Shown here piece after piece: positions 27,045 to 41,500 of a stretch of 64,000 nt of DNA. The position numbers and the translations under genes were made by a program. The stretch is from Octopus vulgaris. Its lineage: Eukaryota. The DNA is taken from contig OX597821.1 in NCBI GenBank assembly GCA_951406725.2, positions 25,420,001 through 25,484,000 of the forward strand, given 5' to 3'. The notes beneath the pieces are model-generated. The model was given only the letters and a program-made list of their open reading frames with translations. It made no database searches and was not told the origin of the DNA. Position 1 is the first letter of the stretch; each line of letters opens with the position of its first letter.

Positions 27045-30000
27045 TGCTAAAATGATCAATAGACAAACTTGAAATGAGGAGTCTGTATTGAAAATGTTTT
27101 TAATTTATATCTAGCATGCCAGATATAAGACTGCTGTGTGTAGGCAAGAATATAGATATATGTTAGGAAGGGGGTCTAATTCTACTAATGTTGGCACAAT
27201 TACTGTAAATATTTACAAGGATTAAGAAAAATGTAATGGATTAGATTTCAGAGAATTTGGATTAACAAAGTAGTATAGTAACAGTAATATTTTTGTAGTA
27301 GTAATAGTACCAAGTAAATTAAAGTTCCATAAAACATTCTTCCACCCACCACCCCGCCACACACACCAAGTTTACCTACTACTCTCCTGTTCTAAAAATC
27401 ACACACACACACACTGGACAAAATAATCTGGAACTAACCAAGAGTATTCAGTTCAGACATGCAGGAGAAGATCAATCTTTAGCTTCACCAAAGTCTCTCT
27501 TGGCAGTCATAAATAGATGTGGAGAATTGCTTCCGTAATGTAAAGATGGATGAGTTCTAAACACAGAAACCATTCATCATTCAAAACATCACTATTGATG
27601 CTGATAGGAGACATAGTTTACATTGAGACACTGGAGTAGGCTACTGGCAGGTGGTACACGTGCACACACACACACATACACACAGTGATTCAACTGTTTA
27701 AAGTTGAATATAGAAAGAAGATGAATAAATATTGTGTAAGAACACTCACACAGTTAATATGGAAGAAAGAGTGTGCTACTTCAGACAGAATTCCCTGCAC
27801 AACTACTATCTCAATGTTGGTTATATGGCTGTTAATATTGTTCGCCTCAGATTTGACCCCTTCTATCTCAACAGAGCAGAAATGTAAGAATTAGCAGAAA
27901 CCAAAATTGTAATAACCATATGAGGTGATATGAGCAGCATTATATAGCATTTGGCACTGGAACTGTTTCATTTGGTTTCTGGTAAAGAGAGGAAATCTGA
28001 AATTTTAAAGGAAAGCCATAGGAGATTTATATGTGATATTAATGATATTTCCACATGTATTAAGGATGGAAGGTAAGGGAAAATGAATCCAACTCACAAT
28101 CAAGCCTAGATCTTCCCATAGATCTTTACTCATAATTTTAGAGGAAATGAGAGCAGTTAACTTCAAATGCCAACCATTATTTTTACATCAAATACCTATT
28201 GCTATTATAGTATCTTATACACCACAATTACAAGACACTGAAGACTTGACTAGGAAGAATTTTAAATAACAGAAATAAAAATATTCATGTTTTACTGCTT
28301 AAAACATAAAGAAAACCGTCTATGCCCCCCAAAAATCTAAAATGTAATAAAACATTAGATTTATTTTAAGCTTAATGATATTTTTCTATTAAATAATTTT
28401 AACATTTCCATTGAGAAAATTAGAGAATTACATACTTCTTGGTCCAGTCTAATGTGCCAATTACTTTCAACAAATGAGAAAACGGTGAAAAGAGCTGTAA
28501 CTAGAACCAACACTTCCCACACAGAACAGAAGCCACTGAATTGTATCATTTTGATTTGGAAAAACTGTTCCCCAGATGTTTAAGGAAACTGAAGGAGGAA
28601 GAGACCCAATTTTAGGGAGGAAAAAAAATTAAATAACAAAATTTACTAAGACGACATAGATTTAAACAGGGGGGTGTGGGGTTTGAAAGAGTTGGTCTTT
28701 TAGTAAGTAGATCTAAAGGATTAAAATTTGAAGTTTATGAACAAGTTTTCATGGCTTTAACAGAGCCAGAGGATGTTGATACATTTTCAAAGTATGAACT
28801 ATACACACACACACACACACACATATATATACATATATATATACATATATATATATACATATATATATATATGGACGCATACACACACACACACACAGGA
28901 AAAAAAATTTTTTTTTTTAAACTTTGAATATGTATTCAACACATATTGTAAGAAACATTTTAAGTGAAAGAAATGAAAATACGGCTTAAAAAATTAGTGG
29001 TAATCATGAGAAAGTTTAGGGTCCAGAAAGAACAGGAAGATGGTGAAGTTCAAAGCAGTGGCTTCTTATGCTAGGCCTCGTGGCAGATATTACATATAGA
29101 GGAGAGGGGAAGGGAATTAAAATTTTTAAAAAAAATTGTAATGACATTAAATTGATAATATGAAAATATATATATATATATATATAGCCCTCTGTCACAA
29201 TAAAAGGTGGACCCTGTATAATTTAGGGTCAGGCTGTCAGGCTATGTACAATTAGAGAGGACAGCATGGGGCAATACACAGTTTTGGTTGTTGTTGTTAG
29301 TGTTCTGTCTTCTTGGTTTCCTTTGTAGTTTATATATATAAAAAAAAATCATTGAATATGATTTTTAAAGAAAACGAAAAAAAAAAGAGAAAAACCCAAA
29401 CACCTAAAAAAAATGGTGCTACAATCATTACACTGGATTGAGGGGTGGGGAATAGTGGAGAAGAGAGAGACAAGGGGGTTAAAAAGAATAAATTGATGTA
29501 TGAGAAAGAAGAGATGTGCCTAGTAAGATTAGTTTATAATTAAGTTTGTACATTAGTTTATATATCTCATTGGGGTTCTTAGCTACAGAAGGTGTTGAAG
29601 GTTTGACTTTTCCCCATTAGGGCTACATTAGGGCTTCAAGATACAACTTTCTTTCTCTCTCAGAAAGAGTACCAGTTTCAAGGTTCAATGTTCTCCCTCT
29701 TATCTACAATAAGGTCTTCAAAGTGCCACTGTTTCCCCTCTTAGCTACGATAGAGGGTCCAAGGTGTTTTTTTTGTTTTTTTCCATGTAGTAGGAAATAG
29801 ATTGGTTATAATTTTATCTTTACTCAGGTTTAAGCATTTTATTTACCTTTACCCTTTATCTAAACTGGGCTGGCTGCAGGATGGTGAGGACCAGTAATGA
29901 TGCAGCCAATAAGAGGTGGGAAGGGTAGAGACATATTATAACAAGCTTAATAAATAAATAATAAATAAGTCTTTTAAAGTTGCTGTCTGTGAGTGAATGA

Positions 30001-30417
30001 ATGATGAAGTGATCAAGCGGAAAACATCAAACTCCCATTGGAGGATCTGACAGTGGAAGATTCACACTTGATAACAGCAGCGGATTTAACAGGTTAGGCA
30101 AAGTGTGTAAGAAAACAGCATGGTTTATGATTAGATGGAGTGTATGACCTGCCACAGCAAGAGAGGCAGACAGAGATGGGATGGGGTAAAGGAAAGAAAT
30201 TAATGTTGTTTAATAAGCAACAGGATTTGACTAGTTCCCACTAAGCTAAGAAAACCCTTAGGTACCAAGGTCATAGTGACATGTTGACCTTTTGCCCATT
30301 CTGAAATGTATTTATAGAGTATGAACACACACGCACACATATAAGTGCATACATACACACATACGCATAGATGTTACACATGCATGGAAATATATTTCAT
30401 TTGATGCATGAGTGCAA

Positions 30418-30448
<31 letters not shown>

Positions 30449-31667
30449 TCAAGAATGTTTTTGTTGTTTTTTTCCTTCTAATTTTAAAAATACAAAAGCT
30501 GAATTAAGTAGCTTAAAATGATCAGCCATAGACAAGTTAACGAATATACAGAACAACAACCTCCAACATGGCTGCTTACTTAGCAATAGTTATTAATTTA
30601 TTATTATTATTATTATAAATCTTTAGTGGTTGGAGAAGAACATTTTAGAGGAAGATCATCTTCCAACACAGACATTATCAACAGTTTGTGAGTTCAGTTT
30701 GCAGTTTAGGGGATGGTTTTTTTATTTTATACTTGAAGGGCTGGCTTAATCTAATAGTTCAGAGCTGGTTTAATTATATAGATTATAATTTTTCGTGAAA
30801 AACAAATTTTTTTCTTTATTATAATTTTTTTTGTTTATATAATGATTAAATCAGTAATTGTGATGATTTAGTATCTAGTTACATTTTCTTGATGCCCGTC
30901 CCACATAATCAAACAAATGCAAAATATATAGAATTAAAATCTCAATTTCTTTTGTATATATGTTTTACATGTGTACTTCAGAGTACCATTAGAATGACAA
31001 TGATGAAGAGAAGGTGGAGGAAGAAGGGTGAAAAAGAAGAGAGAGGGGGTGTATGGTCATGTTGCACACCCTAAAAAATTTTATGGACCCCCACCCCCCG
31101 AGTAAGCTCATTGTTTACCACCCATCATCTTAAATTGGTGAAGAGAAGAATTGTGTGACATTGGAGCAGAAGGGGCTGACAAGGGACACAAACATTGTTG
31201 TCACACACACACATACACACAACATTTTAAGGGGGGAAAGGAGAGATTGAAAATATTGAAACAATAAAAACAAATAAAAATTTTAAAATAAAAATGGGGG
31301 TGGGGTCAAACACCTGTCCTGCCACAGAAAAGAAATTTTCTTTTTTTTTTTTTTTTAAATGGGGTAGGGCTATGTTACTTGAAGTTTTTCCATTTTGTGT
31401 GTGTGTGTGTAATTAATGATTTGTTAATTAGGCCCAAAGCCATCTGCTGAAGGAGAGTGGGGGAGGGGGAGTATGGTGCCTCAACCCTTTAGTACACAAC
31501 TGGTACTGAATTTATCAACCCTGGAGGGAAGAAAGGCAAAGTTGACCCTGGCGAGATTTTTTTACTTACAAGAGAAGGGACAGGAAAGAGAGTAACTAAA
31601 TATCATAAAGTATTTAGCTTGGAGCTCTTTCATTTCACTTAACATATCACTTGTTATAATGCTTCAG

Positions 31668-31701
<34 letters not shown>

Positions 31702-32416
31702 AAACAATAATAATAATTTCTTATATTGGTATGAGGTCACAAAAATGTTGTTGGAAGGGTCATAACTAATTAAATCAAAATTAGTGTATGAGTGGTATTT
31801 GTTTTATCAAGTTTTATCTGAGGAGGCAATGACAAAAGACCTCATCAGGGCTTGAACCTAAAACAAAAGGATTGAACTAAATACTTCAAAGCATTTAGTC
31901 CGGCACTCTATTGTTTCTACCACTCCGATGATGATGATGATAATAATAATAATAATAATAATGTGTAGCTTAATACAAAACCCTTTCAAGTGGTTTACAT
32001 TAGTATGCATCAACCAGAAGAAAATAACCTCAAACCAAGTGGGTAGGGTAAGGATGGAGGAGTCTGTTTCACTTTTTTTTTTCTTGAACCTATTTAACCA
32101 TGAGATCAGAACTGACCAGTAGTTGTTGTTGCTTTGGTTTTAAACAACAATAGAGTTGGTTGTTTGATGTGAAAAATAAACAGACATGCAAGGCTTAAAG
32201 CAAAAAAAAAATATATATATATATATAAAAAGGAGGGGGGGGTAGGTATTTTTGTTAAACATTATTAACCAGGCAACAATTTTAGAGTCTAACAGCAAGA
32301 ATACAGGAAGTGGTGGTAGGGGTCTGAAAGAGGGGGAAAGAAAACAAATCTTACAACCAACCACTACCCACACTATACAGACGGGTGGGGCAGGGGGGGG
32401 GAAAGAAAAATAAAAG

Positions 32417-32460
<44 letters not shown>

Positions 32461-33858
32461 ATATATATGTATATATATGTATATATATATATATAAGGTA
32501 GGGGTGGAAACAAATAATGCAAAAATGGAATGAAAAAGTTCTTAAAATGTTTGCCTTGAAGACTTACTCCTTGTCTTCAAACAATCCTCTATTTGTCCAC
32601 AACACAGGGGTGTTATGTGAGACTAAAGGATTAGGGCTAAAGGGGTTGGGTGGGGAGAGAGAGAGAGAGAGAGCTAGAACAATATGATCATAAAGGGGGG
32701 TGGGTGAAGATTTTGGTCTGTCTAAATAGTAGTACAGTTTATCACAATAGAGCTGGGACAGTAGCTCTCTCTCACGGAGTACACAATATTCTGGAGCTTA
32801 ATAATAATAGTTGTTACACTTATAATTGTAGGAGTAGTAAGATGTAGAAATAACTTGTTGTAGAACAGAAGTTTTGTTACATTTTTTTGTTTTTGTTTTT
32901 GTTTTTATAGCAGGGTCTTTTCTTAAATTTCATTTAAAGTTGTTTTTATAGTCTGTATCAGACCGACTCCTTAGATAGGAAACATGGGAGACAGGGTACA
33001 AGAAAATATCAGTAACAGGTGGGTAGGTGACTGCTTCAAAAAATGTCACAGCAAGCAAAATAAAATTGAAGAAATATGTAGTAGCAAAATGGAGGCAAGA
33101 ATTTTTTTGTGATTTGTTTCAGAACAATGGAATGGGGCAGGGATAGGATATATATAATGTATGTGTGTATTTGTGTGTGTGCGTGTGTAAATATATTTAT
33201 TATACACACACACACACACACACAAATGCAAACATATATACACATGCATACACACATATACCAACACACACACACACCACAAACATGCGCATATACATAT
33301 ATATGTGTATATATGTCTGTGTGCCTGTAACTGCATAAGTATGTGCTGTGTGTATATATTACATATATACATATGTATATATACTCACATATGCACACAA
33401 TTTTATACATATATATGTATATATATATATATTATTTATTTATATATAAATATACATATATACACACACACATACAATTATACATATATATACATATATA
33501 TATACAAACACACACACACACACATGCACATACATACACACAGTTATATAAATATATTCTTTTTATTTTGGAAATAAAAGTAAAAACAAAAAAATATAAT
33601 AATTGTGATGATAATAATAATAATAATTAGTTATAATAATTAAATTAAGACATGGAACACAATGAGTAAACAAACAGTGCTAAGGTAGGCCCTAATCCCT
33701 CAGTACACTCGCCAACACCTGGGTCTCAGCTCAGCGCTATGGTCGGGTGGCAGTGCCCTTACTTCCTTCCTTCTTTCCTTCCTTCGCGCTCACTTCCCAT
33801 AAATACAAACCATAAATAGCAGAATAATTTACACGCTACTTGCTCTTTCCGTTAACAG

Positions 33859-33963
33859 TTATGGCATGAAATATTCTGGGTGGTCGGCCTCTTTTTCAAA
33901 TCGTTTTGCCTCCTCCTGCATAGATTCCTTTATCTTAAGGATAGCTGCCGATTCATTTTGATC
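33859..33963 (-). CDS. SSBP3: SSBP terminal coding exon K: DQNESAAILKIKESMQEEAKRFEKEADHPEYFMP*
   Basis: tttttcag acceptor in phase 0, TAA stop at 33859-33861; end of ORF 33859..34215; resembles the C-terminal tail I recall from invertebrate Ssdp proteins. Confidence 0.85.
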   Translation of the reverse strand, partial: DQNESAAILKIKESMQEEAKRFEKEADHPEYFMP

Positions 33964-35439
33964 CTGAAAAATCATAATATGATAGAAATATAGATAGGAA
34001 ACGCTTGCTCGTAATGAGCGTGAATTTGGCAGTTGAGATGGTGAGAATGCATCATGATGTTGGCGAATAATGAGGTGATAACGTTTGCAGGAGTTTAAGT
34101 TAGACGTGTATAAATTATCTAGGATTCGGCTGAATTTGCTGCTAGCTGGAGAGAGATAGGGCAGTGTGGGGCAACCAACATGCACTTGCTTGCAAGGAAT
34201 AAGGAACCAGGTCACAGCAGAAAAAAGGAGGGAAATTACAAAGATTCTCTCTGTTTAAAAAACAAAAAAAAAATTATAGTCATACAAGAGAGGTTAAAGG
34301 TTAAATAGAAGGGGGTTGATAACCATCAAGATTGTTTAATAGAATTTAGTGAATGGCAAAGAAGTCAGGTTTTCTCAAGTTTTTCTTTGTTTTTTTTTCT
34401 TCTTTTTTTCTTCATGTTCTTGACATTTTTTTCTGAATGAAGTCAGGGTTTAAAAGAAGGAGCAGGTTATATGTAGTAAATGAGGTGAAGTAAAAGAAAG
34501 AGTTGAGGAAGGTTGGGAAGGGAGAGAAAAAGAGAGAGGAAAGAAAGAAAGAAAGACAGACAGAAAGAAAGGAGAAAGAGTAGCAGAAGAATGAGAAAGT
34601 AAAGCTTCAGACAGCCAGCTCATGCAAACGGCACCATTACCAGAAGGATGGATCAGTGACATAGCCATTTGATGTGACCATTAGGTTACAGCAGTATTCT
34701 TCTCTTTCAGTTAGGCCAAAGTGCATTCACAAGCTGATCTGACTTACGTTTTCCTGATAGCCAAGGCTGTATCCTCCAATTTCACCAGTACTACCAGGGG
34801 GTAAATCTTCTCGAGGTGTGCCTGGACCGTTGGGGGGTGAACTCTTCATACCATCCATCTCTCCTGGAGTGAGCAAAGTTGGCAAAAAAAAAATATGGAA
34901 TTTGGAAAGAAGAAAAGAAAGAAATCCACATAAATTTCAAAACTGTTGACACACTAACAGAGAAATATGTAGTAGAAGTAGTAGTAATAGTAATAATAAT
35001 GGAAGTGGTGAATAGTTTGGGTTGTTAGTTGGTCATATGAACAACAACAAACAATTACATCCCACAAAAAAATGGGGAAGTGCTTAATAAATCAACATAT
35101 GTCAACTTTTTATTGCAAAATTTATCAGATTTTCTAAGAATCTAACTTATGTATTAATGAGGGAGGAGATGTGTATGTGTGTGTGAAAGAGATTAGGATC
35201 TTGCAAGGTGTCCCCTAAAATGATTAAATCTCAGAAGTAGATTTAATGATAGGCCAACAGACAAGCAACTGTTCAACCAATACTGAATGGGTAGCATGGT
35301 AATTAACTACTAATTAAAACTCAGTAGTTAATTAGACAGTTTCTTAAATTGTGGGAAGTAAGAGCCTCAAATACTATGAATAATGAAATGTAAACTGGAG
35401 TAATTAGTTGTCTCCCTTCGGTTGCCCTGTAGTCTTAAG

Positions 35440-35500
<61 letters not shown>

Positions 35501-38500
35501 GTACACATATATATACTGGTATCTAGAGTGACTCAGGGGCCTGTTTGCATCATGTGACAGATATTTGAGGAAGTATTTTGTAAAAAACAGTAGATTGCAA
35601 AACTAAAATATTGGTAGCTTATCATAAATGCAAGAGTCAAACTATGTATATGCCTGAGCACTGAATATTAGTTACAAACACAAATAGCTGTCTTTCTTTT
35701 GCCTTTCTCTTTCTGTCCCGCCTTTCACCAACCAAACTTTAAATAAATATAGATATTTAAATATTTTATGATATATTTTAAAGATTTCAAAATTTTTAAG
35801 ATACCAGATAAAAATTATTAAACAACCTTATTAAGGTTTTTTTATTCATTGACAATTCAATGCAAACAAAACAAGGAACAAGAATGTTAGTTAACATTTT
35901 ACAGCCAACAACATAAAATACAAAGGATTTCCATTTATATCTTTAAAAATTCTTAAAGAAAAAGTAAAAAAAAAACAAACCTTCACACAACCACAACCAC
36001 ACATACATCACATGATATGCATATGAAATATAAAAGTATAAGAAAACAAATAATGAACTGATTTAGTGTTAGTGCCTTTGTCTACCCAACCATATATGTA
36101 CCCAGCAAATATTTAAAGACAAAACAAATATTTCAGTTTACTGCTGATTCAAAGCTGTTGAGTTTTTCTCCTGTTAATTGCCACATGAAATCCTGAAGAT
36201 GAAATCTCAATATGCTGAAAAGACCCTCACAGAAAAGGTACAGTGAAACTTTAGATGTCCTAAAGAAGTTAAGATCATAATGCATATTGTTTAATGACAA
36301 CCTAGGACAATATGTGTGTCCAGCCTAAAGCAACCAACTGAACAGGCTACAAAGAGAAGGAAGAAATAAAGAATTAAATAAAATCACACAAAACAACCAA
36401 AAGAATCAGCTGATGATTAGTAAAGCAGCAAATATTAATTAGCAATCAATTAGCTGTCATTAGTGAGTGAGTTGATAGAGGAGAGTATATTTCAGTACTG
36501 ATGTGGAGTTAAAAAAAAAAAAGAAGAAAAACAAAGCAGTTATGGCACAAATCATTAGTGGCTGCAAAACTGGTTCCTAGATTTTTGGTGAAATATTGAG
36601 AAACGTATCAAATGATGCAGCATTCCATTAAATGCTGAAGACAATTTCTGGAAACAAAAGAATTGAGGAAGATTTCCATGCTATGTAAAAGAAGAGAAAA
36701 CAGTAAAAGTGTGTCTCCTGAAGAATTTGTGTGGAGCTTTCACTTTAGTAGAAGTGGAAGAAATTGAAGTGAACTTAACAATGAAAAGGAGTGAAATGAT
36801 TTATTCTTATTGAAAGGCACTGTAAAAGCACAAGCCCAATCAAGGAGAATGAATATTCCCAGAAGAGAAAAATAATCCAATGAGAGTTTCTTTTTTTTAA
36901 ATACATAAAAATATAAAGAGCTAGAAATAGAAACACCTTTAACACAGATAAAGAAGTTAGGTGGATGGGAATGTGGAAGAAAGATGTTGATTTCCAATAG
37001 TTTATCCAGTTATCCACCAATAACAAATTTTATAGCAAAAGATTAACTGCTTTCCTTGCTGACAAGAATTACATCATTGCTTTGTCAGCAAAAGAGAAAG
37101 GAAAAAATTCAGTTTGCTAAAATATTATCATACAACCTAGAACAACAACTGTTTAAGGAATTTTCAGTTACCTATTTGTTTGTTTTTAATGTTATAAGAA
37201 CGGATATATGCTTCTGTGTCCCTACAACAATTTTCAAGATACATACCTGAACACTAGCCTGTATTAACATCTCTACCTATTTTTACAAGACGATCAAGAC
37301 AAATATCAGAAACATAACTACCAGTTGTAGATGAAATATATACATATATATATATATTTATTTTATATGTGAATGAACAACCAGACTATTTTCAATTTCA
37401 TTTAACTCCAAAGGTAAAATATTATACTAGACACAACTCTTCTATTCATTTAGTAAACTTCAAATCATTTGTAGGTTCTGTAACAAATAGATGAAGGGAT
37501 TGACAAATAAAACTATCTTTACAACATATTCTGGAAGAATATTAGGGTCTGGGAAGTAATTTACAAACACATTGTTGCATGTATATCCCACTGAAATGTG
37601 GCTCTTTATTCCTTTTTGTGACACCCACCTTATACGTCTTATATAAAGTTTACTTATTGGAATCCCTGTTTTCTGCTTTCCTACATATTCTTTAAGTGAG
37701 AATACAGACAGAGAAGAAAATATTTCATTAAATAACGCTACCAATCCTGACATTATGTAAAATAATTGCATGGCACATTCACTGTTACAAAATACAGTCC
37801 ATTAAACAAATACAAAAATAAAAAGATGCATTTCCTTCAAGAATATTGTTGACATTATAAAAAGGGTAAATGTGGTTGGTGGTCACCATCAGCAACAGCT
37901 TACTCGCTGCTACTGTATCATTAAGCCCGGCTAGCTAGGATAGTTCACTTACCGTTCATCACAGCAGGCATGTCAGCTCCCATTGGCATTCCTCCGTCTG
38001 GTCCTCCCATCGGTGGAAACTAGCAAAGGCAACAAACAGGGAAGCAGGTCAGAAGTGACTGCGATACAGAAAAGCAAAGGATGGGCAGAACAACAGAATG
38101 TGCAACTGAGAGGAGGTTGGACCTTATTAAACCAGAGAATGGGCTGAAGAGATTAAAAAAATAAGTGCCAACCTTTGTCATACCAAAATCCAATTTACAG
38201 ATATGATAAATACTTAATATTTTTCTTTCAAACGATAAACAGTCTGTAGAAGTATTTTATGCAGAAGAGTGAGTAAAAAGAAAAAAAGCAAGCACTCAAC
38301 AACTTTGAAAATGATAGAGACCTTATAACAAAACAATGTGTTAAGTTGCAAATGTTTTTTCTTCAGATAATTATTTTACATTTTCAAATTTAATTAAAAT
38401 CTAAACTGTGACATTAGCTGAAAGATTTGTGGATTGTAGAAATTTGAAATAAATACTGAACACAAAAGACTGGGAACAACTCTAAATCTAGAGAATCTAG

Positions 38501-41500
38501 AGAAATGAGAATTAGTACTGTGTTAAACAACTCAGAGTGAAATCCATGAAGAATCTGAAGAACTATAATAGAATATAAAAGAAATAAAGATTTGGCCAAA
38601 ATAACGAAGTAATTTAGTTTCTGAAGACTCACAGAGAAGATGGAGTAGAGGGGTGGGAAGGGGACTAGAAGCCATCAGCATGGAAGTTGGTCAAGTCTGA
38701 TAAAAGATATCTACATGGCCACAGGATATGGCTGAAACTGGTAAAAAGAGTACAGCACACACAAGGGAGGGGGGAAGCCAAAGTGCAATAAAGCAAGACA
38801 CAGTAATTAAAGGTAGTTGATGTGTGAGTATGTATATGCACACACACATATTCACACATGCTCACACACAAATTATAGTATATGTGTGTGTATATGTTAA
38901 GTAAGTGCACAGCAGCAGGACAATAAACAGTTACTATGGCAGCAAAATAGTGGTAAACACCATCCAAGACAGCAAGTCAGGTCTTCCTATATCTTCAGTC
39001 AACATTGTTGGTATCAACAAGCTATGGGAGTTGATACTACATACGGCTCATCTTAACATTACCTAGAAGAGAGAGATGTTAGATGAAGACATGGGAAAGG
39101 TAAAATTTTACCAAAAGATAACCGTAGCACGCCAACTGACTGATGTCCACTTATCAATGAAGATTAATTTAGAAAGTCAATGATTGTAAGCTGGGCGATA
39201 GCAAGAACAGGTGAAACAGTTGTTGTTGCAACACACTAATTCATGTTTTCGGCCAAAATGAAAAAAAGGACATTGAATATTAACATAAAAGTAGAAATAT
39301 TAATTTTTTTTTAAAACTTGGACAACTAGACTAAGAAGAAGACAAATTAACTCGTTTAAGTTTGTGCTTATATATTTCTAATCGCATGTACTTTGACATC
39401 TCTTAACATCTGACAGTGAGGATTAAAATATTTAGAAAAACTTGGAATTAAAAAATATCTAACTACCATTTTAATACTTGTCTCAAGACAGACATATTGG
39501 TTACTGGATTGTACTTACTTGTCAAGATAAGTTTATAAGTATTTCACTACAAATATTTTATCTTTCGGAAAAAAAAAAAATGAATAAAAACAAGTGTAAC
39601 TTAAGGCTCAGGTTTTTTTTTCTTTACAACAACAAGAACTTAAAATTTATTTTTCAGATCAAAGATTTTTCACATTTATCTTTAGGTTATTCACATTATT
39701 GATTAAATTAAACTAAACCCTATGAAGGGTACAGAAGATAACTTTTGCTTCAAATGAAAATATCTTGTCTAATTAACAACAACTCTGACACTATATACAA
39801 TAAAATCAATGTACATAATAGACTAGTTAATTTTTTTTTTAAACAAAAAAAAAAAACCTTTTCTGGAGAACAACAAACAAAAGCCAATAGATATAAGCTG
39901 ATATCATGCAAGGTGAGAAAGAAGGACAATTTAGTGTCTTTACTAATATCATACCAAACATGCTTTCAGTAATCATCTGCAATCAATTCCAGAGGATTCC
40001 ACTGCACTATTTGTACTTCAAAAGGGATCACAGGCAGTGGATTTAACAAGAATTGCTACTGAATGCTAATCTTTACAAAATGTCGAAAGTAATATAATTA
40101 ATATGGATAACTTTCACCAAATTACTGGGACCAAATTAAACTCCTTGATTAGATATTTAAATTGTTATTGTTATTTCTGGTACACTTTGATATTTCCAGG
40201 GAAACACTCAGTCCACAAACGACAAACAACATACATTTTGTTATTGTTTTGGTAAAACTTCTGTTTCACCATGAAGAATCGACACATTCCAACTGATTTC
40301 ACAAAAGTAGTAGTAATAGTAGTAGTCACAACAACAACAACAGCAACAATAATAATAATAATAATAAACATTCAATGTAATTTAACAGTAAGCAGACTAA
40401 TCGAATAAGTAAATATTGTCTAGAAATTCTAATAGTAAACAAGCAATAACGTTTTAATAGCTGACAACAGATTGGTTAGTGAAAAAGTCTAAAGAAGGAA
40501 GAGTAGCAGAATTAGATACAAGACCGTGGAACATTTACTAATGATGATGATGATGATGATGGAGACAATACAAACATTTAAAAAAAACAAAAGGGGGCTC
40601 CCTCCTATCTCTATAGGATTGGTAATTATTTTATCAATCCTGGGAGGGTGAAATGCCAATTTGACATCAATAATATCGCAATGAATTTTAATGAATATAA
40701 GTGTGTGCACACACACAGGTGCATACACAACTGTGTTGTTAACAATTTCACATCCACGTTTTCAATTGCTAACATTGATTTTAAGAAGGTATTTTACAAA
40801 TAAATTAAGTATTTTCTCATACCAACCCACCCTCACTAAAGCAGAGGTGACAGTGAAGTCAGTAATGACCCAATGTAACAGCTGCAGCCAAGTATGAACT
40901 CCAGCTGCTCACATCATAACAACTTGGCCACCTCACTTCTCATTGAAAAGTGTGTGTGTGTGTGTGTGTACGCATGTGTATATAGATACATACATTTATT
41001 TTAAATTTTAAAAAAAAGAGATAATACTGATAACCAATGTTTGAAATAATTACGGTGACAATACTGAATAAATAATGGTGAATTATAGTTCATTTATTCT
41101 GCATAATAATAAATGAACTTAATTAGAATAATTCGCTAACTGTATATATAAATCTATCTATCTATCTATCTATCTATATATATATATATATATAATATTA
41201 TGAAGCAGTGTGTAAATGTTGTGCTATTTTCTGTCACAATAAGAAATATCCTATATTAATAGCTTTTTTTAATACTGGTACCTACCCCAAAACTTATAAG
41301 AACTGAATACAGGTGATTTAATTAGCTCTTGGTATGTATGTTGTAGTTATTTTATCAACTGCAGAATGGTCAAACTTGGCTTCAGTGATATTTAAATTCA
41401 GAACATCAAGGGACATAACTACATAATTCAGAACATCGAGGGACAAAGACGAGATGATAATTCCCAATGCAGGTGCAAAGATATGAAATTGGAGAAAGGG

